Assembly: GCA_963783385.1 (NCBI GenBank)
Contig: CAWANJ010000001.1
Span: forward strand, 512,001-576,000
Length of the DNA stretch: 64,000 nt
Reading direction: 5' to 3'
DNA from: an uncultured Gemmatimonadales bacterium
GTDB lineage: Bacteria; Gemmatimonadota; Gemmatimonadetes; Palauibacterales; Palauibacteraceae
The notes under the pieces are model-generated. The model worked only from the letters and a program-made list of their open reading frames with translations, was not told where the DNA came from and made no database searches. Both the position numbers and the translations under genes were made by a program. Below, one piece after another: positions 43,438 through 56,042 of the stretch; position 1 is the first letter of the stretch, and each line of letters opens with the position of its first letter.

Positions 43438-44116
43438 TCAGAAGCCCGGGAAGACGATGCCCGCCGCCACGGCCCGTTCGTGGCCTACCGTGGCGCCGAT
43501 CCGCAGCCGCCACGCCAGGCGGAAGTCGAGGTCGGCGCCGAGGTCCAGGTCCAGGTGTAGCTCGGTGTGACCGCCGCCGCCGAACCGGCGTCCGGGGCCC
43601 GGCGAGGAGCCGCGCACCCGGAGATCCAGGGCGAGTCGGGGCTCGATGTAGGGAATGAGCCCCACGTCGCCCACGGCCAGCCGACGCCCGAACGAGAATG
43701 CCGAACGGAACCCGGACCACGACCAGGTTCAGGTCGGGCACGCTCCCGATGCCGACGCCGCTCCCCCACGCCACGTCGAGGGGGAAGCGGTCGCTGGCCC
43801 GGTACAGCGCCCCACCGAGCTCGAGGCCGCCGCTGAGCCCCACGTGGCCGTCCGCGTCCTGGACCGCCGCCCGGAGTCCGTAGTCGACGACCCGCCCGGA
43901 GCGGCGCCAGGTAAGGAGCACGCCGAGGTTCCCACCGTCGGGGTCGGCCAGGTACAGGCCCATCCCGCGCTCGGAGTAGGGAGTCCAGAAGGAGGGTACG
44001 TCGAAGGCCTGGGCGTGGAGCGCGCCGCCCGGTCCGGGCAGGGCGGGACCCACACCGAGGAGCCCTGCCGCCAGCAGCAGGGCGATGGCCGGGGCGCAAC
44101 GGACAGAGGGTCGCAT
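43438..44116 (-). CDS. Hypothetical outer-membrane beta-barrel-like protein, one apparent frameshift near 43697
   Basis: Signal ending LHA-Q and amphipathic strands. After removing one base it continues ISFGRRL...IPYIEPRLALD...LDLDLGADL...FPGF. Confidence 0.6.
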
Positions 44117-44119
44117 GAT

Positions 44120-44407
44120 CTAGGGGCCCGCCCCGACCTCCCCCACTTCCTCGGCCAGCACGGTCACCTCGTCGTCGATAACCTGCAGGAAGCCATGGGC
44201 GATCCGGAGATGGCGCACCTCGCCGCCCGGACTCCGCACACGCAGCTCTCCCTCCCCGAGCAGGACCATCATGGGAGCGTGTCCCCGCAGGATCCCGACC
44301 AGCCCGTCGTAGGCGGGAGCCACCAGGCTGACCGCGTCGCCGTCGAAGCCCACGCGCTCGGGTGAGATCACCCGAACGTGCATCGAGCCGGATCCCGCGG
44401 GGCTCAT
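44120..44407 (-). CDS. atpC: ATP synthase epsilon subunit (short, N-terminal domain only)
   Basis: VISPER, GLVGILRGHAPM, HGFLQV, VTVLAE. Confidence 0.9.
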   Translation of the reverse strand: MSPAGSGSMHVRVISPERVGFDGDAVSLVAPAYDGLVGILRGHAPMMVLLGEGELRVRSPGGEVRHLRIAHGFLQVIDDEVTVLAEEVGEVGAGP

Positions 44408-44429
44408 GGGAGCGTACGCCCTGCGAAGC

Positions 44430-46791
<2,362 letters not shown>

Positions 46792-46839
46792 CGCGTCAGC
46801 CGCTCATCCGCACGGTTCCCTCGCCTCGCTCCCCGACGT

Positions 46840-48498
46840 TCAGCCGGCCCCCCCGGCCGCCTCGGCCGCCTCGGCCTCGATCTCCCTCGCCGCCTCCTGC
46901 GCGAAGTCCTCGGTCCCGCCCTGGGTCTCCCGGAACATGGGCCGATACTGCTCGATGGCCTCCGTGAGAGCCTCGTCGGTCTCGTCGGAGAGCTTGCCGC
47001 TGTCGCGGATGGCCTGGCCGATCTCGGGGTGCGAGGAGCGCACGAACTCCAGGAAGCCCTTCTCCCACGCGCGGATCTTCCCCACGTCCAGGTCGTCCAG
47101 GTGGCCGCGGGTGACGGCGAAGATCACCATCACCTGCTCCTCCACCGGCATGGGCGCATACTGACCCTGCTTGAGCGCCTCCACCGTGCGCTCGCCGCGC
47201 GACAGCTGGCGCTGGGTGGCCGGGTCGAGCTCGGAACCGAACTGCGCGAACGCCTCGAGCTCGCGGTACTGGGCCAGGTCGAGCCGGAGCTGGCCGGCCA
47301 CGCTCTTCATGGCCTTGATCTGGGCGTTGCCGCCCACCCGGGACACCGAGATCCCCACGTTCACGGCCGGCCGGACCCCGGAGTAGAACAGGTCCGTCTC
47401 CAGGTAGATCTGCCCGTCGGTGATAGAGATCACGTTGGTCGGAATGTAGGCCGACACGTCCCCGGCCTGCGTCTGGATGATCGGGAGCGCCGTGAGCGAC
47501 CCGCCCGGCTCCGCGATGTCCCCGTGCTGCGCTACCACCTCCGGGTCCTCGCTGATCTTGGCCGCTCGCTCCAGCAGCCGGCTGTGCAGGTAAAAAATGT
47601 CGCCCGGGTACGCCTCGCGTCCCGGGGGGCGCCGAAGGATCAGGGAGAGCTCCCGGTACGCGTCCGCCTGCTTGGAGAGGTCGTCGTACACGACCAGGGT
47701 GTGCCGCCCCTCCTCATACATGAAGTACTCGGCGATCGCGCAGCCCGAGTAGGGGGCGATGTACTGCATCGTGGCCGGCTCGGACGCGTTGGCCGCCACG
47801 ATGACCGTGTACTCCATGGCGCCTTCGCGCTCCAGGCGCTCGACCACCGAAGCCACCGTCGAGGCCTTCTGGCCGATGGCCACGTACACGCAGATCACGT
47901 CGGTGGCGCGCTGGTTGATGATCGTGTCGATCGCGATCGCCGTCTTCCCGGTCCGGCGATCGCCGATGATGAGCTCGCGCTGGCCCCGGCCGATGGGGAT
48001 CATCGCATCGATCGCCTTGAGGCCCGTCTGCAGCGGCTCCTTGACCGGCTGGCGGAACACGATGCCCGGCGCCTTGCGGTCCACCTTCATGCTCCGCGCG
48101 GGCTCGATCGGGCCCTTTCCGTCCCGCGGCTCGCCGAGGGCGCTGACCACCCTGCCCAGGTAGGCCGGCCCCGCCGGAACCTCGAGGACGCGGCCCGTGC
48201 GCCGGACCTGGTCCCCCTCCTTGAGCACCAGGTAGTCGCCCAACACGACCGCGCCAATGTTGTCCTCTTCGAGGTTGAGGGCGAGGGCCGTGATCGACCC
48301 CCCCGTCTCGGAAGGCTCGATCTCGAGCATCTCGTTGGCAACGGCCGACGAGAGGCCCCAGATGCGGGCCACGCCGTCCTTCACCTCGAGGACCTCGCCG
48401 ACCTCCTCCATGTGCAGATCTTCCTCGTAGCGGTCGATCTGCTGGATCAGCGCCTTCTTGATCTCGCTCGCCCGGAGCGACCCTTCGGTGGTCGTCAT
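46840..48498 (-). CDS. atpA: ATP synthase alpha subunit
   Basis: [32 protein letters not shown]. Confidence 0.98.
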   Translation of the reverse strand: MTTTEGSLRASEIKKALIQQIDRYEEDLHMEEVGEVLEVKDGVARIWGLSSAVANEMLEIEPSETGGSITALALNLEEDNIGAVVLGDYLVLKEGDQVRRTGRVLEVPAGPAYLGRVVSALGEPRDGKGPIEPARSMKVDRKAPGIVFRQPVKEPLQTGLKAIDAMIPIGRGQRELIIGDRRTGKTAIAIDTIINQRATDVICVYVAIGQKASTVASVVERLEREGAMEYTVIVAANASEPATMQYIAPYSGCAIAEYFMYEEGRHTLVVYDDLSKQADAYRELSLILRRPPGREAYPGDIFYLHSRLLERAAKISEDPEVVAQHGDIAEPGGSLTALPIIQTQAGDVSAYIPTNVISITDGQIYLETDLFYSGVRPAVNVGISVSRVGGNAQIKAMKSVAGQLRLDLAQYRELEAFAQFGSELDPATQRQLSRGERTVEALKQGQYAPMPVEEQVMVIFAVTRGHLDDLDVGKIRAWEKGFLEFVRSSHPEIGQAIRDSGKLSDETDEALTEAIEQYRPMFRETQGGTEDFAQEAAREIEAEAAEAAGGAG

Positions 48499-48543
48499 GG
48501 TCAACCCGTGTGCTCTGCGTTCACGCTTCGCGGAGGACGCACG

Positions 48544-49119
48544 TCACGTCCGTCCCGCCTTCGGCGGCTGCCCGGCGTCCGGCTGCAGCGCCAGATTCCG
48601 GCGCATGTCCTCGAGCCGCCGGCGCACCGACCCGTCCATCACCTGGTCCCCGACCCGGACCACGAGTCCGCCCAGGAGCCGCTCGTCCGTGCTGAAGTGC
48701 GGCACCACCTCCCGGTCGAACGCCCGCTCGAGTCCGCGCTGGATCTCCTCCCGGAGCGCCTCGTCCGGCTCCCGCGACAGGGTGACCGCCGCGTGCACGC
48801 GCCCCTCGCGCTCGTCGAGGAGGTCGCGGTAGGCCGCCTCGATGTCGGGCAGGAGGCGCTGGCGGCCCTTGTCGAGGACCACCAGCAGGAAGCGGAGGAA
48901 GGTCTCGGGCACACGGCCCGAGAGCGCCTCGCGCAACGCCGCCTTCTTGTCGCGGAGATCGACTCGAGGCGTCTCCAGGAAGCGCGTCAGGTCCGGCTCG
49001 GACTCTGCCAGCCAGGCGATCTCGCCCAGGCAGCGCCCGTATTCGTCCGCCTGCTCCTCTCGCACCGCCAGCTCGAGGAGCGTGCGTGCGTAGGTCTCGA
49101 TGACCGGCGAGCGACTCAA
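48544..49119 (-). CDS. atpH: ATP synthase delta subunit
   Basis: YARTLLELA, LLGGLVVRVGDQVMDGSV. TTG start overlaps the atpF stop. Confidence 0.93.
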   Translation of the reverse strand: MSRSPVIETYARTLLELAVREEQADEYGRCLGEIAWLAESEPDLTRFLETPRVDLRDKKAALREALSGRVPETFLRFLLVVLDKGRQRLLPDIEAAYRDLLDEREGRVHAAVTLSREPDEALREEIQRGLERAFDREVVPHFSTDERLLGGLVVRVGDQVMDGSVRRRLEDMRRNLALQPDAGQPPKAGRT

Positions 49120-49697
49120 CGGCTCTCCAGGCTCGACAGGTAGTCCTCGACCAGGCGGCGGTCGTCCTCGCCGTCCAGCCGCTCGCGCAGCAGGCGCTCG
49201 GCGGCCGCGATCGCCACATCGACGGCCTCCTGCCGAACCTCCGACACCAGGCGCTCGCGCTCGCGCCCGATCTCTTTGCGCGTGCGCTCGACCAGCTTGG
49301 CCTGCGCCTCGCGCGCCTCGGCGAGGATCTCCTCGCGAAGCCTCTCGCCCGCCTCGCGCCCCTCGGCCAGGATGTCCTGGGCCTCCTTGCGCGCTTCGGC
49401 CAGCTCGCGCCTGTGGCGCTCCAGGAGACGGCGCGCCTCCTCCCGGTCCTCGGCCGCCTCGTCGATGGCGTCCTGGATCTTCCGCTGGCGCTCCTCGAGG
49501 CCGCCCGCGATGGCCGGAAACACTTTCCAGACCAGGACGCCGAGCGTGACCAGGAACAGGACCCACGTCCACACCGAGAGCCCGACATCGACGGAGAAGA
49601 TGCCGGACCCGCCCTCGTGCGCGGCCTCCTGCGCCTGGAGCGCCGCCGGCAGCGCCAGGGCGCCGACCGCCAGCAGGGTGGACCGGAGCGAGGTCAC
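49116..49697 (-). CDS. atpF: ATP synthase subunit b
   Basis: TM helix WTWVLFLVTLGVLVWKVFPAI, EERQRKI, long coiled coil; operon position. Confidence 0.93.
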   Translation of the reverse strand: MTSLRSTLLAVGALALPAALQAQEAAHEGGSGIFSVDVGLSVWTWVLFLVTLGVLVWKVFPAIAGGLEERQRKIQDAIDEAAEDREEARRLLERHRRELAEARKEAQDILAEGREAGERLREEILAEAREAQAKLVERTRKEIGRERERLVSEVRQEAVDVAIAAAERLLRERLDGEDDRRLVEDYLSSLESR

Positions 49698-49945
49698 TTG
49701 ATGAAGCCCGCGATCACCAGCGCGAAGAACGCGACGCCCTCGACCAGCGCCGCGAGGATAATCGCGGCCGTCTGGATCTGGGTGTACGCCTCCGGCTGGC
49801 GGGCGATGGCCTCGGTCATCCGGCCGCCGATCAGCCCGATCCCGATCCCGGCCCCGATGACGGCCAGGCCACCCCCGATGACCGAGAGGCCGGGGCCGAC
49901 GGTCGAGCCGGCGGCTCCCTGCAGCAGCGCGAGCAAGTGAAGCAT
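49694..49945 (-). CDS. atpE: ATP synthase subunit c
   Basis: GAGIGIG, ARQPE, ALVEG. Confidence 0.96.
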   Translation of the reverse strand: MLHLLALLQGAAGSTVGPGLSVIGGGLAVIGAGIGIGLIGGRMTEAIARQPEAYTQIQTAAIILAALVEGVAFFALVIAGFIK

Positions 49946-50025
49946 CGAATTTCTCCCTGTGGTTCAGTGGCTGTGGGTCGAACGCGGGACGCTCCGTGCG
50001 TCCCCCAGGATGACGTCCCGGCCCA

Positions 50026-50997
50026 TCAGTGCGCGTGCCGAATGAGGCCGATGAACACGGCCGTCAGCGTCGCGAAGATGTAGGCCTGCAGGAACGCCAC
50101 GAAGATCTCGACGAACATCACGAACAGGCTCAGCGCCATCGGTCCCACGATGGCCGTGTAGCCGGTGACCGCGTGGAAACTCCCGTACGTCAATATGAGG
50201 CCCAGCAGGGCGAGAATCACGAAGTGCCCCGACGCCATGTTGGCGAAGAGTCGCACGGCGAGCGCGAAGATCCTCGTGAGCTTGCTGAGCAGCTCGACCG
50301 GTGGCATGACGATGAACATGACCCCGGTCATGATCGGGTTGAGGCCCTTGGGGATGGCGAAGATGGTCCGCATGTACCCCTTCGGGCCCAGCGACCGGTA
50401 GCCCGAGATCTCGATCACGAACAGCGATGTGATCGCCAGAGCCCCGGTCACGGAGATGTTCGCCGTGGCGCTGGCCCCCCACGGGAGCAGCCCGAGCAGG
50501 TTCGCGTACAGGATGAAGAAGAACAGCGTCACCACGTAGGGGACGTACACCTCGCCCCCTCGCCCAATGTTGGCCATCGCCACGTCGTCGCGCAGGAACA
50601 GGTAGAACGCCTCCATGACGTTGAGCAGGCCGCCCGGGGCCGCCTCGCCCTGATTGAGCCGGCGGGCCTGCCGGCCCGCCAGCCACATCGTCAGGATCGT
50701 GAGGATCGTGGCGACGAACAGGAAGACGACGTGCTTGGTGATGGACAGGTCGATCGTGATGCCCAGGACGTGGATCGGCGGGAACTGGAGTCCGCTCAGG
50801 TCCAGGGTCCCGAGGGGGCCGAACTCGATGGCCGGAGCGTTGGTCAGGTGGTGGATGAGGTCGGCCGTCGTGAGCTTGGAGCCGCCGGACGTGGCCGCCG
50901 CGACCGTGTCGGCCACGCCGGCGTGCGCCGCCGCTTCCTGGATGCGGGTCGCGAGGGCCAGCGAGGCCCGCGGCAAGCCTTTCAGTAGCTCTGTCAT
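50026..50997 (-). CDS. atpB: ATP synthase subunit a
   Basis: NLLGLLP, ALAVRLFANM, FLQAYIF. Confidence 0.96.
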   Translation of the reverse strand: MTELLKGLPRASLALATRIQEAAAHAGVADTVAAATSGGSKLTTADLIHHLTNAPAIEFGPLGTLDLSGLQFPPIHVLGITIDLSITKHVVFLFVATILTILTMWLAGRQARRLNQGEAAPGGLLNVMEAFYLFLRDDVAMANIGRGGEVYVPYVVTLFFFILYANLLGLLPWGASATANISVTGALAITSLFVIEISGYRSLGPKGYMRTIFAIPKGLNPIMTGVMFIVMPPVELLSKLTRIFALAVRLFANMASGHFVILALLGLILTYGSFHAVTGYTAIVGPMALSLFVMFVEIFVAFLQAYIFATLTAVFIGLIRHAH

Positions 50998-51024
50998 GAC
51001 CACCGAGAGTCCATCTCCGTTGAT

Positions 51025-51390
51025 CTATGCGATCCGGCTCGACGTCCACCACAGCCACGCCGCTTCGGCGAGCAAGAACGCCACCATCGCCGCGCCGTAC
51101 GCCACCGCCGCCTGCCGGCGGTCCGCGCCCAGCGGCGGCGCCACGACGAGGACCGCTCCCACGCCGGCCAGGCGCAACGCCAGTCCCAGCGCCCAGCGTC
51201 CCGTGACGCCCTCACCCCGGGCTAGCGCCGCCGCCAGGAGCCACGTCGCCCAGGCCTGCAGCCCCCACGCCACGCCGGCGCCGAGCGCCGTCTCTCCGAC
51301 GGGTCCGCCCGCGGCCGAGGTCACGCCCGTACCGACGACCACCAGCAGCGCGGTGCAGACGAGGTAGGCGTATCGGGCTCCCGGGCTCAC
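51025..51390 (-). CDS. ATP synthase protein I-like membrane protein
   Basis: Four hydrophobic segments, located just upstream of atpB. Confidence 0.6.
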   Translation of the reverse strand: MSPGARYAYLVCTALLVVVGTGVTSAAGGPVGETALGAGVAWGLQAWATWLLAAALARGEGVTGRWALGLALRLAGVGAVLVVAPPLGADRRQAAVAYGAAMVAFLLAEAAWLWWTSSRIA

Positions 51391-51716
51391 GGGGAGGGGC
51401 CGCGGTCGTGACCGCCCCCCTCCCGGTCATCGCCGTTCTTCGGTCCGGTCCCGAGCCCCCCGGGCAGAAGCTCGTGGATCATGTGGTAGAATCCACCGGC
51501 GAAGCCCAGGATGGCGCCGAGAATGACGAACAGCGGCGCCGTCGAGAGCCGGGCGTCCGCCCACCGTCCCAGAAGTGCGAAAGCAGCCGTGGCGAGCGCC
51601 AGGGTGATGCCGTGGCCGGCATAGCGCGCCATCTCGACCAGCGGACCCCCGGGCGTGCCGCCCACACCGGGCTCGTTTTCGCCGCGGGAGGGCCCGTCAG
51701 ATGAATCCGGGGCCAT
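51387..51716 (-). CDS. AtpZ/AtpI (ATPase gene 1) family protein
   Basis: LLGRWADARLSTAPLFVILGAILGFAGGFY motif; first gene of the atp operon. Confidence 0.85.
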   Translation of the reverse strand: MAPDSSDGPSRGENEPGVGGTPGGPLVEMARYAGHGITLALATAAFALLGRWADARLSTAPLFVILGAILGFAGGFYHMIHELLPGGLGTGPKNGDDREGGGHDRGPSP

Positions 51717-51751
51717 GCACGCCTCCTGTGCGCCGGCCGAAAGCCGCGGCG

Positions 51752-51780
51752 ATGATACCTGCTTGTGAAAAATTACGCAA
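51752..51780 (-). promoter_or_regulatory. atp operon sigma70 promoter overlapped by a Rex-like operator
   Basis: Minus strand TTGCGT-17 bp-TATCAT. Palindrome TTGTGAA-AAAT-TACGCAA (51763-51780) versus Rex consensus TTGTGAA-N4-TTCACAA. Confidence 0.72.
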
Positions 51781-51983
51781 GCCCGCTCCGGCTTGACGCT
51801 TCGGTCGCCTCGAATCTAGCTTGAACTGGCACCCAACGGCCCGTCCGCCGCCCTGGCCCGAAGGCGGGCGCCACCTCACCCGCACCCAGCCGGGAGCAGC
51901 CGAGCAATGGGCGAGTCGAGCGCCACATCGCCCGAAGGGGACAGAGGCGACGACGTCCCTAGACGACGACGCGGGCGGTCGAC

Positions 51984-53267
51984 GTGATCGAGGCCGTCGC
52001 GCTCCTCGTCCTCCTCCTCCTCTCCGCCTTCTTCTCCGGGTCCGAGATCGCCCTGTTCTCGATCTCACAGGCGAGGGCGCGCGCGCTCGCCGACGAGGGC
52101 CGCCGGGGCTCGGGCGCGCTGGCCGAGCTGCGCTCGCAGCCCGATCGGCTCCTGATCACGATCCTCATCGGCAACAACGTCGTCAACATCGCGGCCGCCT
52201 CCATCGCGACCTTCGAGGCCACCCGCGCCTTCGGCTCGGCCGGCGTCGGACTGGCCACCGGGGCCGTGACGCTCCTCGTCCTGTTCTTCGGCGAGATCAC
52301 GCCCAAGAGCTTCGCGTCCTCGCACGCGGTATCCTTCTCGCTGTTCGCGGCGCCGATCGTCCTCGGGCTGTCCCGCGCCCTCTTCTTCCTGGTGGTTCCG
52401 CTGGAGCACCTCACCCGCATGTTCGTCCCGCGCGGCGCGAGCCGGAGCGCGCCCGGCGTCACCGAGATGGAGATCCGGCGCCTCACCCAGATGGGCCACC
52501 TGGCAGGCGCCATCGAGGGGCACGAGCGCCAGCTCATCGAGCGTGCCTTCCTCATGGACACGACGCGGGCGTGGGAGGTCATGACGCCGCGGGTCGACAT
52601 CTTCGCCTGGCCCCGGACCCGCACGGTGGACGAGCTGGCTCCGGAGCTGGGGACCGTCCCCTACAGCCGCATCCCCGTCTACGACGAGTCGCTCGACGAC
52701 ATCACCGGCGTGCTCTACCTGCGTGACGCGTTCGAGGCTCTCGTCGGGGGCCGCGGAGCGACGACCCTGGCGGAGCTCGCCCGCGAGCCCTTCTTCGTGC
52801 CCGGGAGCGTCACGCTGGTCGAGCTACTTGGCGAGTTCCAGGCGCGCCGCGTGCACATGGGAGTGGTGGTGGACGAATACGGCGGGACCGACGGACTCGT
52901 CACCCTCGAGGACATCCTCGAGGAGCTGGTGGGCGAGATCGTGGACGAGGTGGACGTGCCCGAGGAGACGATCGTCCGGATCAGCCGTGACGAGGCGCTG
53001 GTGGACGGCTCGGCGGACCTCCGGGACATTAACGACGTGTTCGGCACCGAGCTGCCGGTGGCCGAGCACCGGTCGCTCAACGGCTACCTCCTCGAGGAGC
53101 TCGGCCGGGTGCCCCGACCGCACGAGACGGTCGAGCGCCAGGGCCTGAGGATGGAAGTGCTGGGCAGCACGGGCACGCAGGTGACCCGCGTGCGGCTGGT
53201 TCGCGCCGGGACCCGCCGGACCGAGCGCGGCGGACACTCGACGGTCGACGCCCGCCCGGCGGACTGA
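51984..53267 (+). CDS. CNNM/hemolysin family protein (DUF21-CBS-CorC)
   Basis: SAFFSGSEIALFS, ILIGNN, GEITPK, VMTPR, YSRIPVY, VDEYGGTDGLVTLEDILEELVGEI. Confidence 0.93.
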   Translation: MIEAVALLVLLLLSAFFSGSEIALFSISQARARALADEGRRGSGALAELRSQPDRLLITILIGNNVVNIAAASIATFEATRAFGSAGVGLATGAVTLLVLFFGEITPKSFASSHAVSFSLFAAPIVLGLSRALFFLVVPLEHLTRMFVPRGASRSAPGVTEMEIRRLTQMGHLAGAIEGHERQLIERAFLMDTTRAWEVMTPRVDIFAWPRTRTVDELAPELGTVPYSRIPVYDESLDDITGVLYLRDAFEALVGGRGATTLAELAREPFFVPGSVTLVELLGEFQARRVHMGVVVDEYGGTDGLVTLEDILEELVGEIVDEVDVPEETIVRISRDEALVDGSADLRDINDVFGTELPVAEHRSLNGYLLEELGRVPRPHETVERQGLRMEVLGSTGTQVTRVRLVRAGTRRTERGGHSTVDARPAD

Positions 53268-53282
53268 GCGGAGGATGCCAGG

Positions 53283-54419
53283 GTGATCGAGGAGGGGGTC
53301 CTGGTGGTCGGCGCGGGCATCGCCGGAGCCGCGGTGGCGCTGGAGCTGCGGGACCGGGGGCGGAAGGTGCTCGTCCTGGAGGCGCGTCGCGACCGCGGCG
53401 CGCCCCCGGAGCGGGTCGCCACGGGGGCCTCGGCCGGAATGCTGGCGCCCCAGTACGAGATCTCGGACGACGAGGCCCTGATCCGCCTCGCCGTGGCCAG
53501 CCGGGAGCGCCACCCCGCCTTCGTGCGTCACGTCGAGCAGCTGGCCGGGGTCGAGCTCGGACTCAGGATGGGGGGCATGCTGGTCGCGGCCTTCTCCGAC
53601 GAGGCCCGCCGGGAGATGGAGACGGACGCGGCCCGCCACCGGGCCCTGGGCCTGTCGGCCGAGGTCATCGCGCCCAAGGACGCGCTCCGGCTGCAGCCCG
53701 GCCTGAGCCCGGAGGCGGCGGCGTGGATGTGGCTGCCGGACGAGGGACGCCTGGACACGCAGCGGCTCGCCGCGGCCCTGCCGGCCGCCCTCGAGGCGGC
53801 CGGCGCCGAGGTACGCTACGGCGCCAGGGTGCTCCGGATCCTCGAGCGGGGCGGAACCGTGTGGGGCGTGGAGCTGGACGGCGGCGATGTCCTGCGCGCC
53901 GGGCGGCTGGTCCTGGCGGCCGGCGCCTGGTCCGGCCGCGTGGACGGCCTGCCCCGCGCCCTGCCCGTGCGCCCGGTGCGCGGCCAGATGCTGCGCTACG
54001 CGCCCAACGCCGCGCCGGCTGTGTCGCGGCTGGTGGCGCGCCGTGACGGGGCGTACATGGTGCCGCGCACCGACGGAACCGTGCTGGCGGGAAGCACGAT
54101 GGAGGAGGCGGGCTTCGATGCCTCGGTCACCCCCGAGGGCGAGGCCCGGATCCGCTCCGGTGCCGCCAGCCTCGTGCCGGCCGCGGCCGGGCTCGAGCCG
54201 GTGGAGCGCTGGGCCGGGCTGCGGCCCCTGTCGGCCGACGGAGCCCCGATCCTCGGGCCGGACCCGGCCCTGGAAGGTCTCTATTACGCGACCGGATATG
54301 GCCGCAACGGCATTCTGCTCGGGCCGGCCGCCGGCGCCATCCTGGCGGCCCAGCTGGCCGGCGGCGACTCCGGGCCGAACTGGCGCACCTTCTCGGTGGC
54401 CAGGTTCGACCGGGCCTGA
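53283..54419 (+). CDS. thiO: Glycine oxidase ThiO-like FAD oxidoreductase
   Basis: VVGAGIAG, ASAGML, PVRGQ, YMVPR, WAGLRP, GRNGILL. Confidence 0.8.
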   Translation: MIEEGVLVVGAGIAGAAVALELRDRGRKVLVLEARRDRGAPPERVATGASAGMLAPQYEISDDEALIRLAVASRERHPAFVRHVEQLAGVELGLRMGGMLVAAFSDEARREMETDAARHRALGLSAEVIAPKDALRLQPGLSPEAAAWMWLPDEGRLDTQRLAAALPAALEAAGAEVRYGARVLRILERGGTVWGVELDGGDVLRAGRLVLAAGAWSGRVDGLPRALPVRPVRGQMLRYAPNAAPAVSRLVARRDGAYMVPRTDGTVLAGSTMEEAGFDASVTPEGEARIRSGAASLVPAAAGLEPVERWAGLRPLSADGAPILGPDPALEGLYYATGYGRNGILLGPAAGAILAAQLAGGDSGPNWRTFSVARFDRA

Positions 54420-54440
54420 GCGCCGGGGCTGGGGCGGAGC

Positions 54441-55208
54441 CTACCCCAGCCCCACCAGGCGCAGGTAGAGGGCGATCAGCGCCTGCCCCGCCACGAGCGC
54501 AACCGAGCCGCCCAGGGCCAGGAACACCCCGAAGGGCACGAGCCGCTTCGTCTTCAGGCTGATCGGCCCGAACACCACGGAACCGAGGAGGGCGCCGAGG
54601 AAGATGGTGAGCAGAGCGCCGGTCGGACCCAGAAAGGCGCCCACCATGGCCATCATCTTGACGTCCCCCGCGCCCATGGCCGGGCGGCGGAGCGCCTTCT
54701 CTCCCAGCCACCCGACCACGAACAGAGCCAGGAACCCGGTGGCCGCCCCCGCCACCGAGGTCAGCGGGGTGGGCGGCCCGGGCAGAAGGGACACGGCGAG
54801 ACCCGCCCCCAGGCCCCCCAGGCTGAGGACGTCGGGAATCAGGTAGTGGCGCGCGTCGATGAGAGCGATGGCCAGGAGCAGGCTCACGAACACGCCGGCC
54901 TGGAGAGCCTTCCACTCCGGTCCATAGAGGAGCGCGGCTCCAACCCAGATGAGCGCGCCCGCGAGCTCCACCAGCGGATACTCCATGGAGATGCGCTCGC
55001 CGCAGTCCCGGCAACGACCGCCGAGCCACACGTAGCTGAGCACGGGGATGTTGTCGAACCACCGGATCTGGCTGGCGCAGTTGGGGCAGCGAGAGCGGGG
55101 CGTGACGACCGACTCGCCGGCCGGAAGCCGGGCGATGCACACGTTCAGGAAGGAGCCCACCGCGGCCCCGAGGAGGGCCGCGTAGACCACGCACAGGACG
55201 TTCAGCAC
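54441..55208 (-). CDS. pilD: Prepilin peptidase (A24)
   Basis: [46 protein letters not shown]. Confidence 0.92.
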   Translation of the reverse strand: MLNVLCVVYAALLGAAVGSFLNVCIARLPAGESVVTPRSRCPNCASQIRWFDNIPVLSYVWLGGRCRDCGERISMEYPLVELAGALIWVGAALLYGPEWKALQAGVFVSLLLAIALIDARHYLIPDVLSLGGLGAGLAVSLLPGPPTPLTSVAGAATGFLALFVVGWLGEKALRRPAMGAGDVKMMAMVGAFLGPTGALLTIFLGALLGSVVFGPISLKTKRLVPFGVFLALGGSVALVAGQALIALYLRLVGLG

Positions 55209-55981
55209 CGCTGCTTCCTGGATGAGAAGATCCGGTCCATGAGGATCGCGGCCGCCACGGCCACGTTGAGCGATTCGACATCCGCCGCCATGGCGATCGC
55301 CACCCGCCGGTCCGCCGCCGCCAGCAGCTCCGGGGACACCCCGCGGCCCTCGTTGCCGAGGACGAGGGCGACCCGCTCGGGAAGCGCGCCGCCGCGCCGG
55401 AAGGGCTCCCCGTCCGCATCCGCCGCCCACACCGACCAGCCCCCGGCCGCCAGCCGCTCCACGGCTTCGGCGCGCGAGGCCCGCACCACGGGCAGGCGGA
55501 AGATCGACCCCGCCGACGCCCGTACCGCCTTCGGGTTCCAGGGATCCACCGTGCCCTCGACCGCCACCGCGCCGCCGACCCCGAGCCCCTCGGCCGTGCG
55601 CAGCAGCGTGCCGAGGTTGCCGGGATCCTGCACGCCGTCGAGCACGACGACGTCGGCGGCCGGCAGGTCGCTCCATCCGCGCGCCGCGACCTCGAACACG
55701 GCCAGGGTCCCCTGTGGCGTCACCGTGTCGGCCAGGGTCTCGAGGTCGCGCGGCTCCACGCGCTCGCATGCGATCCCCGCGGCGCGGGCGCGCCCGAGCA
55801 GAGCGGCCGTGGAGGGCTCGGCGGCCGCTTCCTCCGTGAAGAGCACGGCGCGGACCGGGACCATCGCATCGAGCAACTCCTCCAGCAGGCGAGGGCCCTC
55901 GGCGAGCGCGAGGCCGTGCTCCTCGCGCCCCTTGCGACGCCCGAGGGCGCGCCATCGTTTGAGCTGCGAGCGACTGGGCAT
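55202..55981 (-). CDS. TrmH/SpoU family RNA methyltransferase
   Basis: [38 protein letters not shown]. Confidence 0.93.
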   Translation of the reverse strand: MPSRSQLKRWRALGRRKGREEHGLALAEGPRLLEELLDAMVPVRAVLFTEEAAAEPSTAALLGRARAAGIACERVEPRDLETLADTVTPQGTLAVFEVAARGWSDLPAADVVVLDGVQDPGNLGTLLRTAEGLGVGGAVAVEGTVDPWNPKAVRASAGSIFRLPVVRASRAEAVERLAAGGWSVWAADADGEPFRRGGALPERVALVLGNEGRGVSPELLAAADRRVAIAMAADVESLNVAVAAAILMDRIFSSRKQRC

Positions 55982-56042
55982 GCTCCTGCGGTCGGAAGCC
56001 GCGGGGCGGTTCGTCCACCCCGACCGGGACGTGCGAGGTACC

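Noticed and set aside
49694-49945. Na+-translocating or N-type ATPase
   Set aside because: The c subunit has LVEGV without the Na+-binding ES(T) signature, and the gene order is canonical F-type.
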